Numbered from the stretch's first letter, positions 51,779 through 62,537 are shown. The stretch is DNA of 64,000 nt from Desulfobulbaceae bacterium (GCA_020444175.1 JAHLLM010000004.1:13399-77398), one strand, 5' to 3'. Notes: a model not told the origin generated them from the sequence alone. A program made the numbers and translations.

Positions 51779-53470
51779 TTAATTTGCATAGAGGTAACGC
51801 TTGATTTTATGAGTGGCTGTCTTAATAAAAGGCTCCTGACGTTCAATAATTTTACTGATTTTTGAATAGGGCGGCAGCTGGCCGTTTACCGTTTGCTGAA
51901 TGTTTTTCAGTAGATGTTTGATATGCTCTTTTTTCTGTTGCGCTGTTTTCTTTCTGGTTTCAAGGTCAACAAGGTCATAGTCCAGGTAAACCCGCGCTTC
52001 CAGCCTGTTATTGTTTTCCACCACAAGGGATTCGGCAATATGTATGCAGGAGTTGATTTTTTCTTCAATGGCTTCAGGATAAATATTTTCTCCGCTGGCC
52101 AAAACAATGACGCTTTTGGAACGCCCTTTTATGTGCAGGTTGCCTTTTTGGTCAAAACTCCCCAAGTCCCCTGTTGCCAGCCAGCCATCCTGGTCAATGG
52201 CTTCTGCCGTTAAATTCGGGTGGTTGTAATAGCCTTTCATGACATTGGGGCCTCTGGCCATAATCTCACCGATGCCCGTGGCAGGATCCGGTCTGCTGAT
52301 TTTGATTTCGACTCCTGGAACCGGTTTACCGGTCGAGCCTACCTCAATAGTCGGATCATGGAGCGGGCCGCCGGCCAGGACGGGAGATGTCTCGGTGAGG
52401 CCGTAGCCGATGATATAGGGAAAACCCGCGTCTTTGAGGAACTGTTCTGCTTCGATGTTGATGGCAGCCCCGCCAATGGCCACCAGTTGCAGCTGTCCTC
52501 CAAAAAAGGCCAGCAGTTTCTGGCCGATTTTCTTGAAAAGTTTCCTGCGCAGAGCGGGAATTTTGGTGGCGAGTTTGAGCAGGGTATTTTTGTCAATGGC
52601 CGACAGAACTCGTTTTTTATAAATTTTTTCCATGATCATGGGAACAACGCAGATGGCTGTTGGGTGTTCCTTTTTACATATCCTTTCGAGAATCGAAGGG
52701 GTGGGGGATTTCCCCGCATAAACAATGCGAGCTCCGTTTAAAAAGGGGAGAAGGAAGCCAACTGTAAATTCATAGGTATGTGACATGGGCAGAATGGAAA
52801 GAAATGTCCAGTGGGATGTAATTTTCACAAGTTGATTGGCGGAACAGACATTGCTGTAGAGGTTGCGGTGGCTGAGCATGACTGCCTTTGAGTGTCCTGA
52901 TGTCCCTGATGTGTAAATTATTGACGCCAGGTCTTCCGGGTTAACATTGGCAGGCTCCCTTAGTTTCTGCCGTTTTTTTTCGGGAAGTTGCGCCGCTTTT
53001 GCTAAAAATGAGGAAAATGTCTCAATGTTAGCCGCTAATTCCTTGTCCCCGTGACTGTCATCAAGGGTGATGATTCTGTTGATTGTATGTTTCTCCAACT
53101 CATAGATTTTTTCAATCTGGCGCTGGGTTGTGAAAAGAACTTTTGCCTTTGCCTCGTTAAGAATATGACGGACATCGGATTCCGGAAAATCAGGAAGAAT
53201 CGGCACAACTATGGCCCCAATACGAATGGCGGCCATGTAGGACATGGCCCAGTTTGGAGAGTTCTCGGCAAGTATGGCGATTTTATCTTTTTTTCTGACT
53301 CCCGTTTCTTTTAACTGGGCGGCAAGGGCCAGGATTTTTTCGAAAAGTTCGCTGTAGCTGAGGGGTTCTTTAAAAGCCAGACTCAAAGAGGGGCGGGTGG
53401 CATATTCATGGCAGCTGCTTTCAACAAGATCATTCAGGGTTTTTCCTGTATAATTATGGCTTGTGGTCAT
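51779..53470 (-). CDS. fadD: Long-chain fatty acid--CoA ligase (AMP-binding enzyme)
   Basis: 563 aa. YTSGTSGHSKAVMLSHRN, GYGLTE, TGDLG. Confidence 0.85.
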   Translation of the reverse strand: MTTSHNYTGKTLNDLVESSCHEYATRPSLSLAFKEPLSYSELFEKILALAAQLKETGVRKKDKIAILAENSPNWAMSYMAAIRIGAIVVPILPDFPESDVRHILNEAKAKVLFTTQRQIEKIYELEKHTINRIITLDDSHGDKELAANIETFSSFLAKAAQLPEKKRQKLREPANVNPEDLASIIYTSGTSGHSKAVMLSHRNLYSNVCSANQLVKITSHWTFLSILPMSHTYEFTVGFLLPFLNGARIVYAGKSPTPSILERICKKEHPTAICVVPMIMEKIYKKRVLSAIDKNTLLKLATKIPALRRKLFKKIGQKLLAFFGGQLQLVAIGGAAINIEAEQFLKDAGFPYIIGYGLTETSPVLAGGPLHDPTIEVGSTGKPVPGVEIKISRPDPATGIGEIMARGPNVMKGYYNHPNLTAEAIDQDGWLATGDLGSFDQKGNLHIKGRSKSVIVLASGENIYPEAIEEKINSCIHIAESLVVENNNRLEARVYLDYDLVDLETRKKTAQQKKEHIKHLLKNIQQTVNGQLPPYSKISKIIERQEPFIKTATHKIKRYLYAN

Positions 53471-53720
53471 GTGCAGGTCATTTCCGGGTAGAGGTGGAAA
53501 AGTGAGAAAAAATATCGATTTGGTCCAAAAAAACAGAATTTCGCATTTTTTTCAACATTTACCGTTGGCTGGGCTGTCAAATGCTTTCGGCTGTACGTAC
53601 TGAATGTAAAAAAATATGAACCAAAAGCAGGGAGGACATGTCTAACACATTGTGATATGGTAAAGTAATACGTCCTGTAATGAATAAAATTGAAGTCAAT
53701 GATTTTTCTGGGAGAAAAGT

Positions 53721-54119
53721 ATGAAGCGTTCAGCTCTGGTGGTAGTTGTAATGGTTCTATTCGTGTTTTTAGGGGTCTCTCTGGCCCAGGCAAGTCCTAA
53801 AAAGAGGTTTGATCCCGGTACGCAAACCTGTCGGATTTTTGACAAGGACAGTACCTGGTGGGGAAATGGAGCGGAAATTTTCAGGAATAACTGTAAATCC
53901 TGTCACTTCAGGGGCAATGATAAGGGCGCGCCTTTTCTGTATTCTGAATCAAAGAGTTCCCGCGCCTGGAACAGGGTGTTTTTTAAGAAATATCCTGAAT
54001 GCGCCCAGGACGGTTCCTGGGGCAATTTGACCCTGGAAGACCAACTGGTGCTGAATGACTATCTCTACCGTAACGCCAACGACACCTACGATCCGAACGA
54101 TGCCGACGACTGCGGCTGA
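53721..54119 (+). CDS. Small periplasmic mono-haem c-type cytochrome
   Basis: 132 aa with a signal peptide and a single CKSCH (CxxCH) motif. Confidence 0.6.
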   Translation: MKRSALVVVVMVLFVFLGVSLAQASPKKRFDPGTQTCRIFDKDSTWWGNGAEIFRNNCKSCHFRGNDKGAPFLYSESKSSRAWNRVFFKKYPECAQDGSWGNLTLEDQLVLNDYLYRNANDTYDPNDADDCG

Positions 54120-54241
54120 TAAAGCTTCGCTTCCCCAGGTTGGGGAAAGAGTTCAGAGTTAAAGGTTCAAAGTTATAAAGACACTAACTATGATATCGTT
54201 GAGGGGCAGATGGGGTTTATTCCTTATTCCGCCCCTTTCTG

Positions 54242-54733
54242 TTAAAACCTCTCAAAATGCCATGACTGCGGCTGTCCATCTTTATAAGGCATCCAGCCAT
54301 GAAACTGGGCTGGATTGTCATCAAAGACAAGGGGGAGAAAATAGCGGTCCCCCGGCCACATCGGCAGATTTCCCAGACTGTCGATGGGGTGCCAGTCCAA
54401 GGGGCCTTCAGGGTTTTCAGAAAAGGGAGTGCCGCTGAACCTGTCGATTCGGAAGATAAAGCCCAGCCAATCCTCCCCGTTTTTACCAAACTCAGTCCAA
54501 TTCACTGTGCCGCGCAAGCGTATTTCCAGACATTCAATCCCCGCTTCTTCTCTGATTTCACGGCGCATACAATCCACAATGCTTTCATTGGATCGCATTT
54601 TGCCGCCAAGACCGTTAAATTTACCAAGATGCAGGTCTTCCTCTCTGGCGTTGCGGTGGACGAGCAGGGTGTGGGTGCGGTCAGGTGAAAGAATAAAGCC
54701 AAGTGTTGCAACAATTGGTGAATATGGAGACAT
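54242..54733 (-). CDS. NUDIX hydrolase (MutT-like)
   Basis: I prefer ATG 54733 (MSPYSPIVAT...). Nudix box GGKMRSNESIVDCMRREIREEAGI. Confidence 0.8.
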   Translation of the reverse strand: MSPYSPIVATLGFILSPDRTHTLLVHRNAREEDLHLGKFNGLGGKMRSNESIVDCMRREIREEAGIECLEIRLRGTVNWTEFGKNGEDWLGFIFRIDRFSGTPFSENPEGPLDWHPIDSLGNLPMWPGDRYFLPLVFDDNPAQFHGWMPYKDGQPQSWHFERF

Positions 54734-54948
54734 GGTAGTAGTTGTGTTTTTTGTCAGGATATCGTAATAAAAAAGTTTACAGATTCGTGTCTGGACAATA
54801 CTGTGGAAAAATAAAAATGATAAGGTAAAAATCACTATTTTTAGTCTTTGACTTTTACTTTTATATTTTCCCTTAAAAATTCTACACTATACAGACATCC
54901 ACCTGAAAAAAGTATGACCCAATATGGGAATGGAAGGAAATTGAAGAG

Positions 54949-55446
54949 ATGAGTGCGGCTGAGGTTTTTGTAAATCAGGAAAATATGGCGCTTTTCTGCT
55001 GTCCTCATTGTGATAAGATGACCCAGGTGTCAGTGGCTAAGTTTAAGGGGAAAAAGCATTCTCTCCAGATTAAGTGTTCCTGCGCAAAAACTTTTTCAGT
55101 CAATCTTAATTTTCGGAAAAAAGACCGCAAACCCACGGATTTGAGTGGGGTTTGCTGTAGAATGCCAGCGGGTCAGCCCGTAAAGCTTTCCGGGCTGGAG
55201 GACGAGAACTGCAGGGTCGTTAATATTTCCTTTGGTGGGGTGGGGCTTCGGCTTCACGGCGATCTGCAAGTTCAACTCGGAGATATCTTGCTTGTCAGCT
55301 TTGCCTTAGATGATAAGCAGCAGTCTGAGCTGAAGAGGAAAATTATTGTCCGGCATGTAGGTGATAACAATTATATAGGAGGAGAATTCAACGATAATAA
55401 AGATAATGTCTACGAAAAAACAATCGGTTATTATCTCATGTCCTAA
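54949..55446 (+). CDS. PilZ domain protein with N-terminal CxxC zinc-ribbon-like segment
   Basis: 165 aa. CCPHCDKM...CSC, then RKKDRKP (RxxxR) and NISFGGVG (NxSxxG). Confidence 0.65.
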   Translation: MSAAEVFVNQENMALFCCPHCDKMTQVSVAKFKGKKHSLQIKCSCAKTFSVNLNFRKKDRKPTDLSGVCCRMPAGQPVKLSGLEDENCRVVNISFGGVGLRLHGDLQVQLGDILLVSFALDDKQQSELKRKIIVRHVGDNNYIGGEFNDNKDNVYEKTIGYYLMS

Positions 55447-55660
55447 CCGTACCTGTCGCAAGTCTTCACGACCATGTCAACGTTAATTGTAACTGCCTGA
55501 TAAGTCGACATTGCAACAGAAACCACAGAGACACAGAGATACAAAATCTTTATAAATACTGATTACGAATTTTTCGCATGAAACAGAATTTTTTCAGCCC
55601 CTAAGGGTATAAACACGAGTTTATCAATTTCTCTCTTTTTTTCGGTGTGTATATTCACTC

Positions 55661-56896
55661 ATGTCGTCAGCAAAGACCTTCTCAGAACTGAAAACCGCCC
55701 GAGCCCGGGCCGCTGTGTCAATTTGTTTAAATATTTCCCTGGCCGTGATTAAAGCAACTGCGGCGATAAAAGCAAACAGTTCTGCTCTCCTCGGCGATGC
55801 TATCCATTCCGGAACGGACGTGTTTGCTTCTGCAGCAGTCTTTGTCGGGTTGTGGGTTGCAGGACGCAAGCATCCTTCCTTTCCCTATGGTCTCTACAAG
55901 GCCGAGACTATAGGAACACTTATCACTTCCATTGTTGTCATTATTGCAGGGTACGAAATCGGCAGACAGGCACTGCTTGGTCCGGAAAAAATGCCGGATG
56001 TGCAACTCGCCCTTCCGGTTACCCTGTTTTGCCTTGTGGTGGCTCTTTTATTCGGTCTCTTCCAGCACCGGGAAGGGGTGCGCCTTAATTCCCCCGCACT
56101 CAAAGCGGATGCCCGTGATTATATGGCAGACAGCCTTTCCACAGGGGTAGTTCTTGTTGGGCTTGTGGCAACAGGTTTGGGGTGGCCGATAGACCGTTGG
56201 GCCGCCGCCGCAGTTTCCCTTTTTGTTTTTCGGGCTGGAGGCGGACTCCTGCTTTCTGCTATCAAGGATCTCATGGATGGCGCAATTGATCGCGAGACGG
56301 AACGGGAAATTATCCAGATGGTTGAGGCCTGCCCCAGGGTAACCAGGGTAAAAAAATGTTTGAGCAGAACAGCAGGAGGACGTTTTATTGTTGATATGGA
56401 CGTTGTCATGCACACTCCTTCTCATCAGGTTGCAGACCAGGTTGCAGACAAACTTGAAGTAGATATTCCAAAGGAGTTTCCACGGGTTGTCATGGCCCGA
56501 ATCCGGCCTCATTTCGGTAGAGGAAACCAACTGAAGAGGCTCGTTCCTTTAACAGGACCGGGCGGAAAACTTGCCGGGCATGTTGGCGCAGCACCTTGGT
56601 TTCTTCTGGAAACCATTGACAAGAAAGCAATGAAGGTTGTCCGGGAATACGTGGAAAACCCATTCTGGCAGGAAGAGCGCAAAAAAGGATTTTTGGTGGG
56701 ACGCTGGCTTCTTACCTTTAAGCCGGATCAGCTTGCCGTGGCAGATGGTGAGAAGCAGGAAGGAACCGCGATTGCCCTGCTCCGGGAGGCTGGAGTGGAG
56801 ATTGAAAAAGTTGGCAGAGAAAATTTTAAAACGGATATGTCTGCATTTCCCATGGCGGACCGGAAAACGGCTACCCTGGAAGATGAGGAAATTTGA
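55661..56896 (+). CDS. Cation diffusion facilitator (CDF) transporter fused to a NifX/NifB-like C-terminal domain
   Basis: 411 aa. CDF TM region with ALLGDAIHSGTD. Cytoplasmic CDF domain to about aa 290. The tail then has GHVGAAPWFLLETID ... AIALLREAGVEIEKV, resembling the dinitrogenase FeMo-cofactor-binding (NifX/NifB-C) fold. Confidence 0.7.
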   Translation: MSSAKTFSELKTARARAAVSICLNISLAVIKATAAIKANSSALLGDAIHSGTDVFASAAVFVGLWVAGRKHPSFPYGLYKAETIGTLITSIVVIIAGYEIGRQALLGPEKMPDVQLALPVTLFCLVVALLFGLFQHREGVRLNSPALKADARDYMADSLSTGVVLVGLVATGLGWPIDRWAAAAVSLFVFRAGGGLLLSAIKDLMDGAIDRETEREIIQMVEACPRVTRVKKCLSRTAGGRFIVDMDVVMHTPSHQVADQVADKLEVDIPKEFPRVVMARIRPHFGRGNQLKRLVPLTGPGGKLAGHVGAAPWFLLETIDKKAMKVVREYVENPFWQEERKKGFLVGRWLLTFKPDQLAVADGEKQEGTAIALLREAGVEIEKVGRENFKTDMSAFPMADRKTATLEDEEI

Positions 56897-57251
56897 AAAA
56901 AAGATAACTTGAGAAACATTCTGGGGAACCAACCGCGGAAACCAATTGCTCTTTTTTTCAAAAGAGGAGGTTGCATTCTGAAAGCAGTCGTTGTTTACTC
57001 ATTGAAGAGTAATAACATGAAAAAGTCGGCAGCCTCAAAAGATCCTCAATCACCGACAGACCAGATATGTCTGCGGCTAAGGTGCTCCCTCGGGAAGGGG
57101 ATTACGGCAACGTGTTTATTTTGTCGAAAAGAGTTGAGTGTGCCTTAAATCGAAATTGCGCGAAGATAATTGTCTGAGCCTCAGAGCGCGCGGGTTTTCA
57201 GGATGCAAAAATCCGACTCTCTGTCTTTTTTATCCAGAATAATGGTAGATT

Positions 57252-59492
57252 ATGCAAAATCACAGGTCTTTTCTGCGGTCTCTCGTCCTTCTTCTATTTT
57301 GTCTTTCCCCTTTTAACCTCTTTGCATCTCAATCAGGAGAGCTTTTTCCCGTATTTGATTCCATCAAGGCAAATGTCGTTTTCTGGGAAAAGGTCTATGC
57401 CAAGTATCCGACAACAAAGGGGATTATCCATGATAATCGGAATTTGGGCATCATATATGAGGTCATTGACCTTGTCCCGCAGGACAGGGCTGGATCCCGT
57501 AGAATAAATAAAAAACGCGTTAAAAAGGTGAAGGCAAAGTACAAGAAAATACTCCTTTCCTTTGCCGCAGGCGGGCAGGCTAAGACAAAAGAAGAAAAAA
57601 AGACCATGGCTCTCTTTGGTGCAAACCCGTCTGCTTCCCAATTCAGAAAGGCTGCAGATTCGATCCGCTTTCAGCTCTGTCAGAAAGATCGTTTTTTCCG
57701 GGGAGTTGTTCGGTCTGGGGCATATCTTGAAGAAATCAAAAAGATATTTAAACGTAACGGCCTGCCGGAAGACCTTTCTTACCTGCCCCATGTCGAGTCT
57801 TCTTTTAATTACAAGGCGTACTCAAAGTTTGGCGCTGCCGGGATATGGCAGTTTACCCGCTCCACGGGAAAACGTTTCATGACCATTGATTATGTGCTTG
57901 ATGAACGGCGGGATCCGATTCGGGCCACCCATGCAGCCGCCCGTTACCTGAAAGAGAATTACAGCAAACTCGGCAGCTGGCCATTGGCCATAACGGCCTA
58001 TAATCATGGGGCCAATGGCATGATGAGGGCAAAAAAGAAAATAGGGGGCTACGAGAAAATTCTCAAAGAATATGATGGAAGAAGTTTTGGTTTTGCCTCC
58101 CGCAATTTTTATTCCGAGTTTATCGCAGCCCGCAACGTGGCAAAAAATCACAAAAAATATTTTGGAGATGTCAAGCTGGACAAGCCTGTGGCCGTTTACG
58201 AGGTTGCCATGCCGGGATTTGCTCCAGTAAAGGATTTGTCTCGTCACTTTCAGGTCGACCTTGCAACATTGGCTGACCTCAATCCAGGTTTACGTTCTCC
58301 TGTTTTTGAGGGGCGAAAATATGTACCAAAGGACTACAAATTGCGTCTGCCGGCCAATAACGGTCATATGACAAAACTTGCAGCCGCCATGCCGGGGGAA
58401 ATTTTTGCTGCGCAACAGAAACGCAGCCGATTTTACCGAGTCCAGAAAGGCGATACTGCCGGGGCCATTGCCAGGCAGCAGAGGGTAAAACTGCAGGATC
58501 TTCTTCTCGCCAATGGTCTGGACCGGCGGGCGACCATTTATGCCGGGCAGAATTTGCGCATTCCCTCTGTTGAGGAAAAAGTTGTGCTCCTGGCAAAAGC
58601 CAAGACAACTCGTTCTGATGTGACGGCTCCTGCAGCCATGGAAAAACCGCAAATAATTAAAGAGAAACCCGTAGCTGCCCCTGTTCGCGTTGAAAAAGAG
58701 AAAGAAGAAAAGCCGGAAAAAGTGGTTGAAGTCGCCGAAGTTGCCGAAGTTGCCGAACCGGCGCAAAAAGAAGAACCAGTGGAAAAAACAATTGGAGAAC
58801 TTGAAGAGGAGAGAGTTGTGTCCTCCAGTTGGGAAGAGCGGGTTGCCCGTGTGACGGAAAAACTCAGCAGCGAGGAAACGGAGACAACCGAGGAAGCAGC
58901 TGTTCCTGTTGAGGCGGTTTTGGCGAAAGCTGAAATTGAATCGACTGAGCCGGAAAAGCAAGCTGAACAGGAAGTGCTTGAAGAACTTTCCCTGGCCTCC
59001 CTTGCCGGAACAGAGGTTGACCCTTCAGTGGTGGTTGGTGATCTTCTGGTGGACAATATTGTGACAAAGAATGGGCATACAACCGGAACCATCCGAGTCG
59101 AAGTCGGAGAAACGCTGGGGCATTTTGCTGACTGGCTCCAGGTACCCACTCGCTCCATTCGACGGCTGAACGGCTTGCGTTTCGGCAGGGCAATCAAACT
59201 TGGTCAGCGTTTGAAAATTAAGTTTGGCAAAGTCAAAAAAGAAGATTTTGAAGAAAAACGATACGAGTATCACAAAGAGATTGAAGAGGATTTTTTTGCC
59301 GCATATAAAATTGAAGGTGCGCGTCTCTATCGGATACAGCCTGGTGATAACATCTGGAGCCTTTGCCATGAGGAGTTTGATTTGCCATTCTGGCTGATCC
59401 GGAAATTCAACTCGGCTCATGATTTTAATAACCTAAAGCTTGATGAACTGCTTATCGTTCCTGTGGTGGTGGGAAGAGTAAATGAGAACTGA
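57252..59492 (+). CDS. mltD: Lytic murein transglycosylase (MltD-like) with LysM domains and an E/K/P-rich linker
   Basis: 746 aa with a signal peptide. SLT motif VESSFNYKAYSKFGAAGIWQF. LysM YRVQKGDTAGAIARQ...IYAGQNLRIP plus a C-terminal LysM-like YRIQPGDNIWSL. The linker carries a GAAGTTGCC x3 (VAEVAEVAE) repeat. Confidence 0.8.
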   Translation: MQNHRSFLRSLVLLLFCLSPFNLFASQSGELFPVFDSIKANVVFWEKVYAKYPTTKGIIHDNRNLGIIYEVIDLVPQDRAGSRRINKKRVKKVKAKYKKILLSFAAGGQAKTKEEKKTMALFGANPSASQFRKAADSIRFQLCQKDRFFRGVVRSGAYLEEIKKIFKRNGLPEDLSYLPHVESSFNYKAYSKFGAAGIWQFTRSTGKRFMTIDYVLDERRDPIRATHAAARYLKENYSKLGSWPLAITAYNHGANGMMRAKKKIGGYEKILKEYDGRSFGFASRNFYSEFIAARNVAKNHKKYFGDVKLDKPVAVYEVAMPGFAPVKDLSRHFQVDLATLADLNPGLRSPVFEGRKYVPKDYKLRLPANNGHMTKLAAAMPGEIFAAQQKRSRFYRVQKGDTAGAIARQQRVKLQDLLLANGLDRRATIYAGQNLRIPSVEEKVVLLAKAKTTRSDVTAPAAMEKPQIIKEKPVAAPVRVEKEKEEKPEKVVEVAEVAEVAEPAQKEEPVEKTIGELEEERVVSSSWEERVARVTEKLSSEETETTEEAAVPVEAVLAKAEIESTEPEKQAEQEVLEELSLASLAGTEVDPSVVVGDLLVDNIVTKNGHTTGTIRVEVGETLGHFADWLQVPTRSIRRLNGLRFGRAIKLGQRLKIKFGKVKKEDFEEKRYEYHKEIEEDFFAAYKIEGARLYRIQPGDNIWSLCHEEFDLPFWLIRKFNSAHDFNNLKLDELLIVPVVVGRVNEN

Positions 59493-62097
59493 TACGCCAA
59501 CAACAGTCTTTTTGAAAGATTACCGTAAGCCTGATTACTTTATTGATAGAATTAATCTTCGTTTTGCTCTGCATGAAACCGAAACCATTGTTACCTCTCG
59601 TCTGGCCTGCCGACGCAATGGGAAGGCAGGAGAAGGTTCTCATCTCCCACTTGTCTTGGACGGTGAGGATATCGAGCTTCTGTCCGTGAAGCTTGATGCG
59701 CAAAAGTTGTCACCGGAAGAGTATGTTGTTGACGCGAATTCTCTCACCATTCCCCAGGTCCCTGACGACTTTTACCTTGAGATAATTACCAGAATAAACC
59801 CAAGGGACAATACCTCCCTGGACGGTCTGTACCAGTCAAGCGGTAACTTCTGTACCCAGTGCGAGGCAGAGGGGTTCAGGAGGATTACCTACTTTCTTGA
59901 CCGGCCTGATGTAATGAGTCGTTTTACCACCATTATCGATGCCCCGCACTCTATCCCGGTCCTGCTTTCTAATGGCAATCTTGTAAAAAAAGGCAACTCC
60001 GGTCATGGCCGCCATTTCGCCATCTGGCAGGATCCTTTTCCCAAGCCCTGTTATCTTTTTGCGCTTGTGGCCGGGAATCTGGTGCGGATTGCCGACACCC
60101 ATACCACTGCCTCCGGGCGTGTCATTGATCTCCATATCTATGTGCAGGAACATAACGCTGATCGCTGTGAACATGCCATGTCGTCGTTGAAAAAAGCGAT
60201 GAAATGGGACGAGGATGTTTTTGGGCTGGAGTATGACCTGGATCTGTATATGATAGTGGCAGTGGATGATTTCAACATGGGGGCCATGGAAAACAAGGGG
60301 CTGAATGTCTTTAATTCCAAATATGTTCTGGCAAAACCTGCAACCGCTACAGACAGTGATTACGAAGGTATAGAGGGAGTCATTGCCCATGAATATTTTC
60401 ATAACTGGACCGGCAATCGCGTTACATGCCGGGACTGGTTTCAGTTGAGCCTCAAAGAGGGGCTCACTGTTTTTCGGGATCAGCAGTTTTCCGCGGATAT
60501 GACCTCGGCAGCCGTGAAAAGGCTGCATGATGTGACCATGTTGCGGAATTTTCAGTTCCCTGAAGATGGTGGCCCCATGGCACACCCTGTCCGCCCTGAT
60601 TCCTATATGGAAATCAACAATTTTTACACTGTAACGGTGTATGAAAAAGGGGCAGAGGTGATTCGCATGATCCATACGCTACTGGGCCAGGAGAGATTCC
60701 GCCAGGGTATGGATCTCTATTTCGAGCGCTATGACGGGCAAGCGGTGACATGCGATGAATTTGTGCGGGCAATGGAAGACGGCAGCGGTATTGATCTCGG
60801 CCGGTTCCGAAACTGGTACAGCCAGTCGGGCACCCCGGAGCTGAAGGTAGAGTGCCTGCATGATGCCCATACTGCTTCCTGCACATTGCGCGTAACCCAG
60901 AGTTGCCCGGATACTCCGGGGCAAAGCAATAAAAAGCCCTTCCATATCCCGCTGGCAGTCGGTTTTCTCGACCAGAGCGGCAAGGAGGAAAAATCTACCC
61001 TTATCCTTGATGTGAAGGACTTTGAACAGGAATATGTTATTGAAAATATAATGGAGAAACCCGTGCCTTCCCTGCTGAGGGGATTCAGTGCCCCGGTTAA
61101 ACTTCACTATGACTATACTGACGAGGAGCTTTGTCTGCTTCTCGCCCATGATACAGACCCGTTTAACCGATGGGAAGCTGGGCAGCGACTTGCCTGCCGG
61201 GTATTGCTTGAATTGATTTGGGACATACAGCTGCAAAAGGAGATATCCCTGGATGCGGATTTTATCTCCGTATTTGCCGGCCTTCTCCATCCCTCAAAAG
61301 AAGATGCTGCCTTTCTTGCCCAGCTTTTAATATTACCATCGGAAAAATATCTGGGCGAGCTCCTTGATGTCATTGACGTGACGGCCATTCATCAGGCCAG
61401 ACAGTTTGTCCGGCATACCCTTGCTACAGAATTACGGGACTCCTTTCTGGAAGTGTATCATGAAAACAGCAGTTCGCTTCCCTACCGTTATACTCCGCAA
61501 AGCGCGGGCGGAAGAAGTCTGAAAAACGTCAGTCTGTCCTATCTGATGCTCCTTGACGATGAGCCTGTGATGGATCTGTGTCTGCGCCAATTTGAACAGG
61601 CTGACAATATGACCGATGTGCTTGCCGCTTTTCAGGCTCTGGTTCATAATCCTGATTGTCCTGAGCGTAAAAGCGTTCTTGTCTCTTTTTTAAGTGAATG
61701 GCAGAAAGACAGCCTGGTTCTTGATAAGTGGTTTTCCCTGCAGGCCACGGCACCACTTCCTGAAACGCTGGCAGAGGTCAAGGCGTTAATGCATCATCCG
61801 GCCTTTTCGTTGAAAAATCCAAATAAGGTGCGGGCATTGATCGGTGCTTTCTGCGGAGCCAATCAGCTTTGTTTTCACGCTGAAGACGGAGAAGGCTACC
61901 GTTTCCTGGCAGATCAGGTTCTTGCTATTAATGCGTTCAATCCGCAGATTGCTTCCCGGCTTTTGTCTCCACTTACCAGGTGGCGGAGATTTGATTCGGC
62001 GCGGCAGGATATGATGCGCCGGGAGCTGGAGCGGATTCTTAGGGATGAGAAACTCTCTAAAGATGTCTATGAGGTGGCATCTAAAAGTTTGAAATGA
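59482..62097 (+). CDS. pepN: Aminopeptidase N
   Basis: 871 aa. GAMENKGLN and HEYFHNWTGNRVT-N18-E (M1 zinc motif). Overlaps the mltD-like gene by 11 nt. Confidence 0.93.
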   Translation: MRTDTPTTVFLKDYRKPDYFIDRINLRFALHETETIVTSRLACRRNGKAGEGSHLPLVLDGEDIELLSVKLDAQKLSPEEYVVDANSLTIPQVPDDFYLEIITRINPRDNTSLDGLYQSSGNFCTQCEAEGFRRITYFLDRPDVMSRFTTIIDAPHSIPVLLSNGNLVKKGNSGHGRHFAIWQDPFPKPCYLFALVAGNLVRIADTHTTASGRVIDLHIYVQEHNADRCEHAMSSLKKAMKWDEDVFGLEYDLDLYMIVAVDDFNMGAMENKGLNVFNSKYVLAKPATATDSDYEGIEGVIAHEYFHNWTGNRVTCRDWFQLSLKEGLTVFRDQQFSADMTSAAVKRLHDVTMLRNFQFPEDGGPMAHPVRPDSYMEINNFYTVTVYEKGAEVIRMIHTLLGQERFRQGMDLYFERYDGQAVTCDEFVRAMEDGSGIDLGRFRNWYSQSGTPELKVECLHDAHTASCTLRVTQSCPDTPGQSNKKPFHIPLAVGFLDQSGKEEKSTLILDVKDFEQEYVIENIMEKPVPSLLRGFSAPVKLHYDYTDEELCLLLAHDTDPFNRWEAGQRLACRVLLELIWDIQLQKEISLDADFISVFAGLLHPSKEDAAFLAQLLILPSEKYLGELLDVIDVTAIHQARQFVRHTLATELRDSFLEVYHENSSSLPYRYTPQSAGGRSLKNVSLSYLMLLDDEPVMDLCLRQFEQADNMTDVLAAFQALVHNPDCPERKSVLVSFLSEWQKDSLVLDKWFSLQATAPLPETLAEVKALMHHPAFSLKNPNKVRALIGAFCGANQLCFHAEDGEGYRFLADQVLAINAFNPQIASRLLSPLTRWRRFDSARQDMMRRELERILRDEKLSKDVYEVASKSLK

Positions 62098-62171
62098 TGT
62101 TTTTTTATTAGGATGGAGCGGGAGTGCGCGGAGTTGCTTTAAGAAAAAAAATGAGTGAATGAGGATAACAG

Positions 62172-62537
62172 ATGGATATTTCAAAAACAATTGCCAGGAT
62201 GAAGGAAAATCCTGAATTTAAGAAAAACGTGGGAATGGTCCTTGTCCATAATGGTGTGGTCAGAGCCTGGTCGAGAAAGGACGGCAAGAATGTCTCCGCC
62301 CTTGAAGTAACGCCTGATTTTGAAAAAATTGAGAAAATACGCCAGGAGTTCCTTGTTGAGGAAGGCATTTTTGATATTATTATTGAGGCAAAATCAGGTC
62401 GCTTCCAGCCAGGAGACGACCTGCTTTTCATTGTTGTAGCCGGGGCCTTGCGGGAGCACGTCAAACCGGTTCTTGCGGCCCTTCTTGATCGGGTCAAGGC
62501 GGAGGCCGTCAGTAAAAAAGAGATTGTCGCATCTTGA
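62172..62537 (+). CDS. MoaE-fold (molybdopterin synthase catalytic subunit-like) small protein
   Basis: 121 aa. The pattern GMVLVHNGVVR...ALEV...SGRFQPGDDLLFIVVAGALREH...LLDRVKAEAVSKKE parallels MoaE (G.VR, HR.G.l.pGd, hR..af, lK...p.wKkE). The match is loose. Confidence 0.4.
   Translation: MDISKTIARMKENPEFKKNVGMVLVHNGVVRAWSRKDGKNVSALEVTPDFEKIEKIRQEFLVEEGIFDIIIEAKSGRFQPGDDLLFIVVAGALREHVKPVLAALLDRVKAEAVSKKEIVAS

Noticed and set aside
56897-57251. A 355-bp gap upstream of the mltD-like gene. I considered a riboswitch or a small Cys-rich peptide (MKKSAASKDPQSPTDQICLRLRCSLGKGITATCLFCRKELSVP within ORF 56909..57148).
   Set aside because: I found no match to any riboswitch consensus I can recall (c-di-GMP, TPP, cobalamin). 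The small ORF has only a weak RBS and no neighbouring maturation genes. The evidence is insufficient.
58290-59197. Long minus-strand ORFs (223 and 219 aa) inside the mltD-like gene.
   Set aside because: They lie antisense to the E/K/P-rich low-complexity linker, whose codon repeats keep the opposite strand open. Their products are low-complexity S/F/R-rich strings.
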